From positions 83,726,827 to 83,790,826 of the forward strand of contig NC_057719.1 in assembly GCF_004010195.1 (NCBI RefSeq): 64,000 bases of DNA, read 5' to 3'. Position 1 is the first letter of the stretch. Each line of letters opens with the position of its first letter. The DNA is from Chiloscyllium plagiosum (taxonomy: Eukaryota). The translations under genes and the position numbers were made by a program. The notes beneath the pieces are model-generated. The model searched no databases and was not told where the DNA came from. It saw only the letters and a list, made by a program, of their open reading frames with translations. Positions 48,342 through 60,519 of this stretch are shown here, piece by piece.

Positions 48342-50571
48342 TAAATGTTGTTAATGTAACCACCTCAGCCACTTCCGCTGGCAACACATTCCATGTGTGC
48401 ACCACCCTCTGTGTAAAAAGGTTGCCCCTCAGGTTCCCTTATATTTTTTTCCTCTCTAACCTTAAACTGATGCCCTCTAGTCCTCGATTCCCCAACCCTG
48501 GGAAAAAGACTGAGTATATTCATCCTATCAATGCCTCTCATGATCTTATACGCCTCTACAAGGCTCCCCACTTAGTCTCCTACGCTCCAAAGAAAAAAGT
48601 CCTAGCTTGTCTAACCTCTCCCTGTAACTCAGACCATTGATCCACGCAACATCCTTGTAAGTTTCTTTTGCACTCTTTCCAGTTTAATATCTTTTCTATA
48701 ACAAGGTGACCAAAACTGAACACAATACTCAAAGTACGGCCTCACTAATGTCCTGTACAACTGCAACATAACTTCCCAACTTCTATACTCAGTGTCCTGA
48801 CTGATGAAGGTCATTTGATGAAGGCCAGTGTGTCAAAAGCCTTCTTCACTACCCCGTTTACCTGTGACTCCACTTTCAGAGAACCGTGAACCTGAACTTC
48901 AAGATCCCTCTGTTCCACTACACTCCTTAAGGTCCGACCATTCACCAGGAAACTCCTGCTTTGATTTGACTTTTCAAAATACAAGACCTCACACTTATCT
49001 ACATTAAACTCCATTTGCCATTTCTCAGCCCACTTCCTGAGCTGCTCAAGGACCTGCTGCAACTTCTGATAACCTTCCTCATTGTCCACGATACAGCCTA
49101 TTTTCATGCCATGTGCAAACTTACTAATCATGCCTTGTACATTCTCATCCAAATCATTGATATAGATAACAAACAGCATTGGGCCCAGCACCAAACCCTG
49201 AGGCACTCCAATAGTCACAGGCCTCCAGTCTGATAAGCATCCTTCCTACCATCAAGCCCACTTTGTATCCAATTTGCCAGTTCCCCCTGGATTCCATGCA
49301 ATCTAACCTTCCAGAGCAGCCTACCATGTGGAATCTTGTCAAAGGCTTTACTGAAATCCATACAGACTATGTCTACCGCTCTGCACTGGTCACTTCATCA
49401 AAGAACTCTAACAAATTTATGAGACCTGATCTCCCACTCACAAAGCCATACTGACTACTCCTAATCAAACCCTGTCTTTCCAAATGAATGTATATCTTAT
49501 TCCTCAGAATCCTCTCTAGTAACTCACCCACCACAGATGGTAAGCTTACTGGCCTATAGTTCCTAGGTTTTTCTTTGCAGCCGTTCTTAAATAATGGCAC
49601 AACATTTGCCACGCTCCAGTCTTCCAGGACCTCACCCTTGGCTGAAAATAACACAAAAATACCGGTGTCCCCACAATTTCTTCTCTAGCCTCTCGCAGTG
49701 GTCTTCGATATATCTGGTCAGGACCTGGAGATTTATCCATCTTCATACATTTTAACACATCCAACACCACCTCTCCTCTGATATAGGCGGTCCCCAAGAC
49801 ATCACCATTAATGTTGCCAAGTCTTGATGTCTTTCTCCATGGTAAACACAGAGGAGAAATATTCAGTGAGGACATTACCCATCTCCTGTGGTTCTACACA
49901 TAAATGTCCACTTTGGTCCTTGTGTGGTCCTTTTTCCTTTAATATACTTAAAGTACCTCTTAAGATTCACCCTAATCTTCTCAGCCCAGGCTATCTTGTG
50001 CCCCGTTTTCACCTTCCTGATTTCCTTCTTCAGTAAACTCCTGTATTCCCTGGATACCTCCAGGGATTCCCTTGACCCCAGCTGCCTGTACCTGAGCCAC
50101 GCCTCCTTACTTTTTCTGGTCAAAGCCTCAATATCTCTTGTCATCCAGGGTCTCCTATTCCTCCCAATCTTGCCCTTTACCCTCACAGGAACATATAGAC
50201 CTTGAACTCGAGCTCACTTTTAAAGGCCTCCCACTGGCCAGAGGGCCCTTTGCCTGCAAACAAATTACTTCAATCAACTCCTGACAGCTTCTGTCCAATT
50301 CCATCAAAGTTCACCCTATCCCAATTCAGAACTTGAACATGTGGACTAGTTTTGTCCCTCTCCATAACTATTTTAAAATTAATAGAACTATGGTCCCTTG
50401 TCCCAAAGTAGTCCCCCCATTGTCACTTGTCCTACCCTACTTCCCAAGAGTAGGTCGACTTTTGCCCTTTCCCGAGTAGGACTTTCTGTATACTGCTTGA
50501 GAAAACTTTCCTGAACCCATTTAACATACTCCAACCCATCTAAGCCCTTAACGCTCTGGCAGTCCCAGTCC
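48342..50571 (-). mobile_element. Long decayed CR1 whose 3' tail is displaced to about 44512-44617
   Basis: Endonuclease-to-RT peptides (GVPQGLVLGP, ANVVPLFK, KSPGPD); the missing tail is found left of the 44618 insertion. Confidence 0.92.
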
Positions 50572-51179
50572 ACGTTAAGAAGATTCTAACAACAGCCCAT
50601 CAGTCTTGAGCCAGCTCATCACCGTTGACGATGCCTGCACCACCAGCCCTCCGTCATCGCTTCGCCACTATCTGCAACGGACCCAACCAACAATGAAGTC
50701 GCCCATCTTCAGGTGCCATCTTTTGCTGCTGAGACGAGCAGCCACCAAATCCAGGTCCTGCGCTTGCTTCTGAAAAGTAAGTAGGGACTCACTCTGCTCC
50801 ATGCTGGGCCGGCTCGAGGTCTGCATTCTGGGCCTGCTTGGGGTCTGCAGTGGGCTCTCTTGCGGTCCGTATGTTGTGCCCAAGCTCAGGTCAAGGTAAG
50901 TAATTAAGTGAGAAAATAAGAAAAGAGATGGAAAAAGAAAAAGAAAAACGGTTCGAGTAGACAAGCTCTGGCATTAGGAGCCCTACTCCGATGCCAGCTT
51001 GGACAGGAAGTCTCAATTGACAACCAGCATGCTTAATTTGAGGAGAAGGTTCCAGATTTCAACTGGCGTACCGTGATTTCTGGAATCATACCCATAGCCT
51101 AGCTCTAAGTGCCTCCTCAAACTGTAAACTGTCACTAGAGGAAATAATTTCTCTCCAGCTATCCTTCAACTTCATTTTA

Positions 51180-51305
51180 CCATCAAATCACATGGACTGC
51201 AGCAGTTCAAGAAGGCAGCTCACTACCTGCGTCTCAAGGGCAACTAGGGACGGGCAGTAAATGCTGCCCAAGTCAGTGACACCCACGTCCCATGGGTAAA
51301 TAAAC
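51180..51305 (+). mobile_element. 3' end of a third LINE family
   Basis: catggactgcagcagttcaagaagg...ctcaagggcaactaggga is the reverse complement of about 55150-55240. Confidence 0.75.
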
Positions 51306-51406
51306 ATAGATAACTATTTCACCTGTTAATCTTCTTTACTCATGCTAACCTCTTGCTAGAATATAACGTAAGGAGCACATGATGACCACTACTAACTTTC
51401 ATACAT

Positions 51407-51722
51407 ATAGAATCCCTACAGTGTGGATGCAGGCCATTCACCCATTGAGTCCACACTGAACCACCCCATCCCCTGTAACTCCTATGGCCAATCCACACAG
51501 TCTGCATATCCCTGGACACACTATGGGGCAATTTAGCACAACTAATCCACCTAAGCAGCATATCATTGGACTGTGGGAGAAAACCAGAGCACCCAGAGGA
51601 GATCCGCACAGACATGGGGAGAATGTGCAAACTCCACACAGACAGTCACCCAAGAGTGGAATCGAACCCGGGTCCCTGGTGCTGTGAGGCAGCAGTGCTA
51701 ACCACTGAGCCACCGTATTGCC
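51407..51722 (-). mobile_element. HE1/V-SINE-type SINE
   Basis: Matches 8911-9238. Confidence 0.9.
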
Positions 51723-51919
51723 CCGTTTGTCCAAGTGGTCGTTCTTCACAGGTAATGCCAGGATAGTAGCATCTGCAGGCTTTTCAACTGTTGAAGACAT
51801 TATAGTTTAATCTAATCCCATCTTCATCCACACCCTGGGCCACATTGAATCATAAGCTTCAGATTTGTGGTGAGACCAACGTTCGACCGATAGCAATACG
51901 TACTTGGGGAATGTCAGTG

Positions 51920-52700
51920 AGAAAGCTGGGTGGAGGGTGAACTGAATGCAGAGATGCTTCAGTGTGATTTGGACAAACTAAGTGAGTGGGAAAATATATA
52001 GTAAGGTGAAGTGTAATGTGGATGAATGTGAGGTTATCCATTTTGGTGGCAAAAACAAGGAGGCGGATTATTATCTGAAAGGTGATAGATTGGGAAAGCG
52101 GGAGGTGTACTGAGACCTGATTGTCCTTGTACCCCACTCTCTGAAAGTAAGCATGCACGTACAGCAGTCAGTGAAGAAAGGAAATGGTATATTGGCCTTT
52201 GTGGTAAAATGATTTGAGTTCAGGAGCAGGGATGTCTTGCTGCAATTGTACAAGGCCTCAGTAAGACCACAGCTGGAGTACTGTGTGCCATTCTGGTCTC
52301 CTTATCTGAGGAAAGATGTTCTGGCTACGGAGGGACTTCAACAAAAGTTTATCACACTGACTCCTGGGATGGCAGGACTGACGTATGAAGAGGGATTGGA
52401 TCGATTAGGACTTTATTCACTAGAGTCTGGAAGAATGGGGGAGGTTTTCATAGAAAACTTTACAATTCTAAATGGATTAGACACGGTAAACGTAGGATGG
52501 ATGTCCCTGATGATCAGGGAGTCCAGAATCATAGATCACAGTTTAAGGAGATAGGATACACCATTTAGGACTGAGATGAAGAAATATTTCTTCACCCAGA
52601 GAATGGTGAGCCTGTGGAATTCACTGCCACAGAAGGTGTTTGATGACAAAGCAATGAATGTTTTCAAGAAAGACAGGGCTAAAGGGATCAAAGGGATCAA
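51920..52700 (+). mobile_element. CR1 (second family) RT C-terminal fragment
   Basis: LQLYKASVRPQLEYCVPFWSPYLRKD; ends in (aaagggatc)x3. Confidence 0.88.
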
Positions 52701-52937
52701 AGGGATCAGCCATCTTAAAATGCATAAAGGTGAATAAATCCCTGGGACCAGATCAGGTGTATCCTAGAACTTTGTGGGAAGCTAGGGAAGTGATTGCTGG
52801 GCCACATGTTGAGATATTTGTATCATCGATAGCCATAGGTGAGGTGTCAGAAGAATGGGAGTTGGTTAACTTGGTGCCACTACTTAAGAAAGGTGATAAG
52901 GAAAAACCAGGGCACTATAGACCAATGAACAGGAGAA

Positions 52938-52969
52938 TCGACGTTTCGGGCATAAGCCCTTCTTCAGGA
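52938..52969 (-). ncRNA. Minimal hammerhead motif
   Basis: Antisense uc-CUGAAGA-a-GGGC-uuau-GCCC-GAAA-c-GUC-ga. Confidence 0.7.
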
Positions 52970-53973
52970 ATGAGGAAGGTTTGTCCAGCAGGCTAAGATA
53001 AAAGGTAGGGAGGAGGGACTTGGGGGAGGGGCGTCGGAAATGTGCTAGGTGGAAAGAGGTCAAGGTGAGGGTGATAGGTCAGACTAGGGTGGGGGTAGAG
53101 AGGTCAGGAAGAAGATCTCAGGTTAGGAAGGCGGTGCTGAATTTGATGGATTTGANNNNNNNNNNNNNNNNNNNNNNNNNNNNNNNNNNNNNNNNNNNNN
53201 NNNNNNNNNNNNNNNNNNNNNNNNNNNNNNNNNNNNNNNNNNNNNNNNNNNNNNNNNNNNNNNNNNNNNNNNNNNNNNNNNNNNNNNNNNNNNNNNNNNN
53301 NNNNNNNNNNNNNNNNNNNNNNNNNNNNNNNNNNNNNNNNNNNNNNNNNNNNNNNNNNNNNNNNNNNNNNNNNNNNNNNNNNNNNNNNNNNNNNNNNNNN
53401 NNNNNNNNNNNNNNNNNNNNNNNNNNNNNNNNNNNNNNNNNNNNNNNNNNNNNNNNNNNNNNNNNNNNNNNNNNNNNNNNNNNNNNNNNNNNNNNNNNNN
53501 NNNNNNNNNNNNNNNNNNNNNNNNNNNNNNNNNNNNNNNNNNNNNNNNNNNNNNNNNNNNNNNNNNNNNNNNNNNNNNNNNNNNNNNNNNNNNNNNNNNN
53601 NNNNNNNNNNNNNNNNNNNNNNNNNNNNNNNNNNNNNNNNNNNNNNNNNNNNNNNNNNNNNNNNNNNNNNNNNNNNNNNNNNNNNNNNNNNNNNNNNNNN
53701 NNNNNNNNNNNNNNNNNNNNNNNNNNNNNNNNNNNNNNNNNNNNNNNNNNNNNNNNNNNNNNNNNNNNNNNNNNNNNNNNNNNNNNNNNNNNNNNNNNNN
53801 NNNNNNNNNNNNNNNNNNNNNNNNNNNNNNNNNNNNNNNNNNNNNNNNNNNNNNNNNNNNNNNNNNNNNNNNNNNNNNNNNNNNNNNNNNNNNNNNNNNN
53901 NNNNNNNNNNNNNNNNNNNNCAAGTCCCTCCTCTCTACCTTTTATCTTAGCCTGCTGGACAAACTTTCCTCAT

Positions 53974-54005
53974 TCCTGAAGAAGGGCTTATGCCCGAAAC
54001 GTCGA
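53974..54005 (+). ncRNA. Minimal hammerhead motif
   Basis: uc-CUGAAGA-a-GGGC-uuau-GCCC-GAAA-c-GUC-ga. Confidence 0.7.
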
Positions 54006-54142
54006 TTCTCCTGTTCCTTGGATGCTGCTTGACCTGCTGCGCTTTTCCAGCAACACATTTTCAGCTCTGATCTCCAGCATCTGCAGTCCTCACTTCCTCC
54101 TCACTATAGACCAATGAGCCTGACATCAGTGGTGGGCAATTT

Positions 54143-54480
54143 GTCAGCCTCTCCCTATAGCTCAAATCCTCCAACCCTAGCAACATCCTTGTAAACCTTT
54201 GAATCCTTTCAAGTTTCACAACATCCGTCCAATAGCAGGGAGACCACAATTGAACGCAGTATTCCAAAAGTGGCCTAATCAATATCCTATACAGCTGCAA
54301 CATAGCCTCACAACTCTTACACTCACTGACCAATAAAGGCAAGCATGCCAAATGCCTTCTCCACTAGCGACTCCACTTCATTGGCCTATGAACTTGCACT
54401 GCAAGGTCTCTTTGTTCAGAAACACTCCCCAGTACCTTACCATTAAGTGTATAGGTCCTGCCCTGATTTGCTTTTTCAAA
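54143..54480 (-). mobile_element. CR1 RT fragment
   Basis: MLQLYRILIRPLLEYCVQLWSP. Confidence 0.85.
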
Positions 54481-54684
54481 AATGCAGCAACAAAATTTCA
54501 AAAACCATTCTCTGTCCCATCAATTTGCCTCACTGCTGAAAGGCTCTTCAACTATTTTGTTGACCATTTTCAAAGTTTGGATAAATACTTGAGGCTATGA
54601 GGAAAGAGCAAAAGGAGCAGCACTAACTGGATAGACTTTCGAAGAGTTGGTGCGGGTTGAATGGTCTCACTCTAAATTGTATGA

Positions 54685-54990
54685 TTTGCAGCTGCCAATT
54701 TACATGCAGCAAGATGCTACAAATAGCAATATGATAAAGACAAGGTCATCTTTTCTCCGCTGGTGATGTTGGTTGAGGGATAAATAATGGCTGTGGAGGT
54801 GTGGAAGAACACTTCAAATTAGCTTCAGTGTTCTTTTCGACTCATGAGGGTGAACGGACCATCAGAAAGACAGCACCTCTGACAATGCAGAATTCCCTCA
54901 GTACTAAATTGGAGTGTAAGAATAAAGTTTCTGGAGGGCAACTTGAACACAGGACTTTCTGATTTAATGGAGAGTGGTACCCAATAAACC
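54685..54990 (-). mobile_element. Deu-domain SINE
   Basis: ggttgagggataaata and cagcacctctgacaatgcag..ttccctcagtact are the antisense core. Confidence 0.7.
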
Positions 54991-55134
54991 ACATTGGACA
55001 TGATATCCTAGCAAAAGGTAGCACCTTTAGTGTGGATGAGAACAGTGGAAGGAATCTGAGGGGTTTTATCACAGTAAATAGGGAGAAACTACAGCAGGAG
55101 GGATAATAACTAGAGGGCATAGATTTACGGCGAT

Positions 55135-55640
55135 TTTCTTTTACGTGGGTATCACTGGCTGGCCAGCATTTATTGCCCATCCCTAGTTGTCCTTGAGAAG
55201 GTGGTGCTGAGGTTCCTTCTTGAACTGCTGCAGTCCATGTGCTGTAGGTTGATCCGCAATGCCCTCAGGGAGGGAACTCCAGGATTTTGACTTAGCAAAA
55301 GTGAAGGAACAGTGATGTATTTCCAAGTCAGGATGGTGAGTGGCTTGGAGGGGAACTTGCAGGTGCTGGTGTTCCCATGTATCTGCTGCCCTTATCCTTC
55401 CATATGGAAGTGGTCAAGGGTTTAGAGGTTTTTATCTGAGGATCTTCGGTGAATTTCTGCATTGTGTCTTGTTGCTGCTACTGCTACTGAGCATTGGAGG
55501 TGGAGGGAGTGGATGTGGTACCAATCCAGAGGATTGTTTTGTCCTGGATGGTGTCAAGTTTCTGAGTTTTGTTGGAACTGCCCCCATTCAGGCAAGTGGG
55601 GAGTATTCCAGGATACTTTGTAGATGGTGGTCAGGCTTTG
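55135..55640 (-). mobile_element. Third-family LINE 3' fragment
   Basis: Contains the reverse complement of 51180-51305 and extends into RT-like sequence. Confidence 0.75.
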
Positions 55641-56133
55641 GTAGAAAAACCAATGTGATGATGAGAAGAATTCTTTTTAAATAGCAAGTAGTCATCATCC
55701 AAAAATTTGGTGGAAGCAATTTCAATAGTAATTTTCAAAAGGAAAATGGATAAATAATTAAAAAGGAAAATAATGGAGGACTGTGGGCAAGAGCAAAGGA
55801 GATGACTAATTAGATGTGTCATTTCAAGAGCTGGCACAAAACGATGGCTAATTGACCTCTGTCTTAATTAGAGAATCCTTGAGTGAAATTTTTAACTTAC
55901 ATGAGTATTCCTACATCTAGAACCAAGAATTTCCCTGCTACTGCCTGATGCTGCAAGTTTGAATACATTTTGTGTCTGCAGGAGGCATTCAATGTTGCAT
56001 TAGACTTGCTAAGGTTGTCAGTTTGAACAAGTGAATAAATGTAAATCAAGCTGCTGGATGATTCATTAAAGACAATGACATTATATATTTTAAAACTGTA
56101 CTCTCTGGCTGCTGTTGATCTTTCTAAGCGTTG

Positions 56134-56590
56134 ATCCACATTGATCCCGTGTGGTTGGAGTGTCCCAAGGCAGAAGATGAGCCACCGGACGTCTGGAGGA
56201 AGAACGCCTCATCTTCCGTCTTGGGACCCTCCAACCACTCAGGATCAATGTGGATTTCACCAGTTTCCTCATTTAGCCTCCCTCCACCTTATCCCAGTCC
56301 CAACCTTCCAACTCAGCACTGCCCTCTCGAACTGTCCTACCTGTCCATCTTCCTTCCCATCTATTCGGTCCACCTTCCTCTCCGACCTATCACCTTCACC
56401 CCCACCTTCATCTACCTATCGCATTCCCAGCTACCTTCCCCCCAGTCCCCATGCCCCTCCCATTTATCTCTCAGCCCCCTTGGGCTACCCCCTCATTCCT
56501 GATGAAGGGCTTATGCTCAAATCGTTGACACTCCTGCTCCTCAGATGCTGCCTGACCGTCTGTGCTTTTCCAGCTCTGATTCCAGACAGC
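56134..56590 (+). mobile_element. 5'-truncated Penelope-like element: GIY-YIG endonuclease C-terminus, C-rich UTR and decayed hammerhead, with 5' inversion
   Basis: 56181-56276 encodes ATGRLEEERLIFRLGTLQPLRINVDFTSFLI*; CTGATGA-a-gggc-ttat-gctc at 56499-56518 (GAAA mutated); 56134-56181 is an inverted copy of 56208-56255. Confidence 0.88.
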
Positions 56591-56779
56591 AGTGTGTTGC
56601 ACTCTCCCAATGCCCTCCAAAGCACAAATAATGATGTTAGAAGAGTCAAATGATGAACACACAAAAGTCCACGAGCGAGCCTGGGGAATAACACAGTAGC
56701 ACCCAGTGTTTAAGCTCTATTTAACAACCGGCAATTTGCAGACCCTTTTGAATGAGGGGCAGCAGAGAGTGTAATAGTC

Positions 56780-57320
56780 TCTCACGAGGAAGCAGCAGCA
56801 GGGAAAGCTCGTTTGGGGAAAAGCAGAGGGACAGCTGAGAGAGGAAGTGAAATGCTAAAAAAAAATGCTGGACACTGCACGGGGATTCCGTTAACCATTC
56901 TTTATTAGGGTGGTCCAGAGCTCCTGCTATTTCCTTTATATTTGATTCAATTTTTGCTCTTATTTCTGTGCATAGTAATACAAGATAATTATGAGGCTTT
57001 CTTCAGATCCCTGCACTGTGCTTTTATTATGAACCCATTCTGCTGTCCGGAACCCTTTTGTTCCTGGAGATTCCTTTGGGAAACAGCGCCCTGAAACAAG
57101 GCAATTGCCAGTTTCTTGTAGAGAAAGAAAGAAAGCAAGGTGATTCCTGTTTTACCCAACTCCCTTCCCCATTCTCTTTCTAAACTGCTGCCTCTTGAGT
57201 CGGCGAGACCCTGCCAGTGACCACTGGTTGAATGGCAGTGAGTTGCAAAACAAGGGCACGGGGAGGGTGAAAGAAAGGAGGGCAGATCAAAGGCCAGTTT
57301 CTGTTTTCAACTTTGAAGAG
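56780..57320. promoter_or_regulatory. Candidate immune-cell enhancer motif cluster
   Basis: CAGCTG 56832, GAGGAAGTGAAA (ETS-IRF composite) 56841-56852, GGGGATTCC 56881-56889 and AGATCAAAGG (TCF/LEF) 57284-57293 in repeat-free DNA. Confidence 0.35.
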
Positions 57321-57744
57321 CTGCAACTTTCCCATAGGCTCGCATCGTCCGGCACCCTGCAGTTTTCTCTTCAGAGTCCTTGCTCCAAGAGGTGAACAAG
57401 CAGGTCATTGTTCTCCCTCATTCTACAGCAGTGCTGGATCCCAGTTCTGTTAGGCCCTGCATTCTTCCACCCTGCTGAACAATGCAGAAAGCTGGGTTTC
57501 ATTCATCACTGTTTTGACAGGGCTCAGCCGAGTCACACGCTAGCCACCCTCTCTCATTTTAATTTTTCCGGTAGGCCCCTTACTCCTTTCAGCTCAGCTT
57601 CAGACAGGCTTATGTTGATAGTCGGTGTGTTAGCCGAGGGCTAGAGCTCTTGTAACTATTCAGGATCCACTTTAGTGGAGAACTGGGCTCAATTAATGGT
57701 GGCGATCACAGATGGAGCCTCAATTAGAGATGCGGAGACTTTTT

Positions 57745-57985
57745 TTTTGATTTTGATTTGATTTATTAATGTCACATGTACCTAGGTGCAGTGAAAAGTT
57801 TAGTTTTGCATGCAGTACAGGCAGGTCATACCAAGTAAAGTGCATGAGGGTAACATAACAGAGTGAGGAATACAATGTTACGTCTGCAGGGAAGGTGCAC
57901 AGAGAGTGAGACCAACATTAAATTTCAAATTTGAGGAGGTCCATTCAGACATCTAACAACAGCGGGGACGAAGCTACTCTTCAGT
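57745..57985 (-). mobile_element. Rex1/Babar-like LINE 3' end
   Basis: (tttga)n tail and tgtcacatgta..cagtgaaaag; homologous to 5135-5275. Confidence 0.6.
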
Positions 57986-58824
57986 GTGGCTAATGGAATA
58001 TTATCCTTTTTAACTCAAGGATTATAATGGAAAAGGAGAGACGGTTTGTTACAGTTATCCTTAGCTGCATCACATTTGGAGTTTTTGAAACCATGCAGTT
58101 CTGAGCACTGCACCTTGGATAGAACAGAGAACGTGTGCAGCAGAAGGAAACTGGCTCAAAGTGTTAGATTAACAGAGGCATTCCATAATTTTGCACCTTT
58201 CCTATTTCCTGCAATTCAGTTCAGGATTGGTTTTGTTTTCATTTTTAGGGTTTTGAAAGGAATTGCTCTGGTCGAGGGAAAAGAGTTTTGCAAATATGTG
58301 GGGGTTGGGATGGAGATGGGTCTCGGACAATGGGGCATTACATTTCAATCAAAGTCAGGCCATTTGGGAAAGATAGCTCTTCAAGCAGAGTGTTAGAAAT
58401 GTGAAACAGTCTCTTGTTAAATAAAAAGCAGCATGTATTAGCTGTATTAATATTTTCTGGTCCGAAATGGGCAATTTTTGGTTTGGCAGGATGTGAAGGG
58501 AAACAGCACAATGGGTGATTGGAGTGAGCATACAGAACTACAATTTTACTGAATGCCAGAACGGCTTCTTCCTCTGCCTAAAGTCCTAAGAGCTGCGAGC
58601 AGAAGTCTCCATGAGCTGTTCCCACAAGCTAGTTTTGTGCTTCGGAGTATGGGCATAAACCTGAGCTCTTGGGATAGCTCTGAGAATAAGACAGGAATAG
58701 TAAAGGTCCAGGCAGTTGAACAATTAGAGCGATAAATCCTAATCCACGTGATTCACTTTTCAGTTCCACAGTTGATTAAAATTGTTTGTTACGTAGTGTT
58801 GACTTCGAGCCAATTTTTTAAAAA

Positions 58825-59380
58825 AAAGGACTTGCATTTATGTAGCACCTTTAATACAAAGCACCTCACAGTAATGTCATTAAACAAAATTTGACACTGA
58901 GTCACATCAGCAAACATTGGGATAGATAATCAACTACTTAACCAAAGATAGAGGTTTTAAGGAGCATCTTCAAGGAGAGATGTTCAGTGGGGAGGTTGTA
59001 ATTTGGGAAAGAAATTCCAGAGACTAAGGCACAGCTGCCAGTAGTGATGTGATTAAAACCAGGGCATGTACAAGAGACCAGAACTTTAGCACCACAGAGA
59101 AGATGTAGATCTCAGGAGCTGGAGGAAGTTACAAGGGTAGGAAAGGCCAGTGAAGAATCTGCACTCAAAGATAAGGTATGTACAGATGAGTAACCAATGT
59201 AAGCCAGTGAGCACAGGAGATATGGGTGAATAGATCTGGTGTGACAAGGGTATTGGTTGCAGAGTGTTTTATGAGTTAAGTTTATACAAAGAGTAAAGTG
59301 GGAGTCTCTCAAGGGGAGCATTAGAATAGACAAGTCGAGAGTTACCAACAATATGGATGAGGGTTGTTGCAGATGAACAG
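58825..59380 (-). mobile_element. L2-type LINE 3' fragment
   Basis: acttgcatttatgtagcaccttt terminus; similar fragments near 2040-2270 and 27000-27080. Confidence 0.65.
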
Positions 59381-59829
59381 AGGCTAGACTTACTAGTGCT
59401 TAATGGCTTTTAGCCATTGTCATCATGTACATTTTTGATTAATTTGCCAGAAACTGTTATTCTTCACAAGACGCTCTTGTGGAACAAGTTACTAGCATCG
59501 GGAGGTTGGAATTTTATACTCAGGGTGTATAACCTGCCAAATATTATCTGCCTGTGTTTTACAAAACAGGAAATGATTACCCACCATTATACTTGCTAAG
59601 TGTTTAACTAAAACCTTCATTAGGTTCTGAGGGAACATCATACAATAGTGATATTCCCCATTGTACAAGGTGTCAACCATGATTCTGTGGGCCACATGCT
59701 CACCTCTGAGTTACCAGGTTGAGTTTCAAGCCATATCCCACAGGATGGCACTACAGCATGGTACTGAGGAGCAGTCCACTGACTAGGACACACTTCGGTA
59801 TATCCTCTGTCATGTTGCTAAAGTAATGC

Positions 59830-60110
59830 AGGAAGCGGCTCAGCCAACTTGCATGATTCCTGAAGCAGCAATGTGATTGTGAAGGGAACCTTGTTTTGAA
59901 AATGTTGAGATGTTAGTTGCAGGATAAGTATTGTCCACGACACTGGAGACAAATTTCCCTTAAGATAGACCCGTGCAATATTGCATTTCCATCTTAGATC
60001 AGTTACAGCTTCAGATTAACCTCCCATCTGAAATACAGCACTCCCACAATATACCACTGAGTGACAGAGAAGATTTTGTGCTCACTTCTGGAGTGGGACT
60101 GAAGCTCAGA
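59830..60110 (-). mobile_element. Decayed Deu-domain SINE
   Basis: ggataagtattgtcca..acactggaga and catctgaaa.acagcac antisense remnants. Confidence 0.55.
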
Positions 60111-60519
60111 ACCTCCTACGTCAAAAACATGCAAATTTATGAGGTCAGAGGGGGGGCAGAGGCCATTTGATCCCTCCAGCCTGTTCCTTTGTTAGTCGAG
60201 AAGCTATCTCCCTGTGCCCAGAGAATACTGAGCGGTACCCCACCTCCACTGCCCCCTGGGAAGAGAGCTCCAAAGACTGATGACTCCAGAGGAAGTTTCC
60301 ACTTCATTCCCTGATTAGACTCCTCTTGTTTTTAACCTGAGTCTCTTAAGCTGAGTGAGTGCACCTGAATGAACCATGGCTGACACCACACCTTAGTGGA
60401 GACGAGGACATAAGAAGAAATTTCGGGAGTTTTCTTAGAGTACCTAAGAAGAGACTATGGCAGAAAGGTTAGTAACCAGAGGATACAGATTTATGGCAAT
60501 GAGCAAAAAGTTAGTAAAA

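Larger units (their letters stand above)
52929..54101. mobile_element. Penelope-like element (family A) with inverted ends, spanning gap 53156-53920
   Basis: 16-bp TSD cactatagaccaatga (52913-52928 and 54102-54117); 52929-53022 is the reverse complement of about 53921-54015. Confidence 0.9.
52710..54140 (+). mobile_element. CR1 RT N-terminal fragment split by a Penelope-like insertion
   Basis: KSLGPDQVYPR...KPGHYRPM, resuming as SLTSVVG after 54117. Confidence 0.85.

Noticed and set aside
53020..53979. 319-aa and 266-aa ORFs
   Set aside because: Run through the N gap
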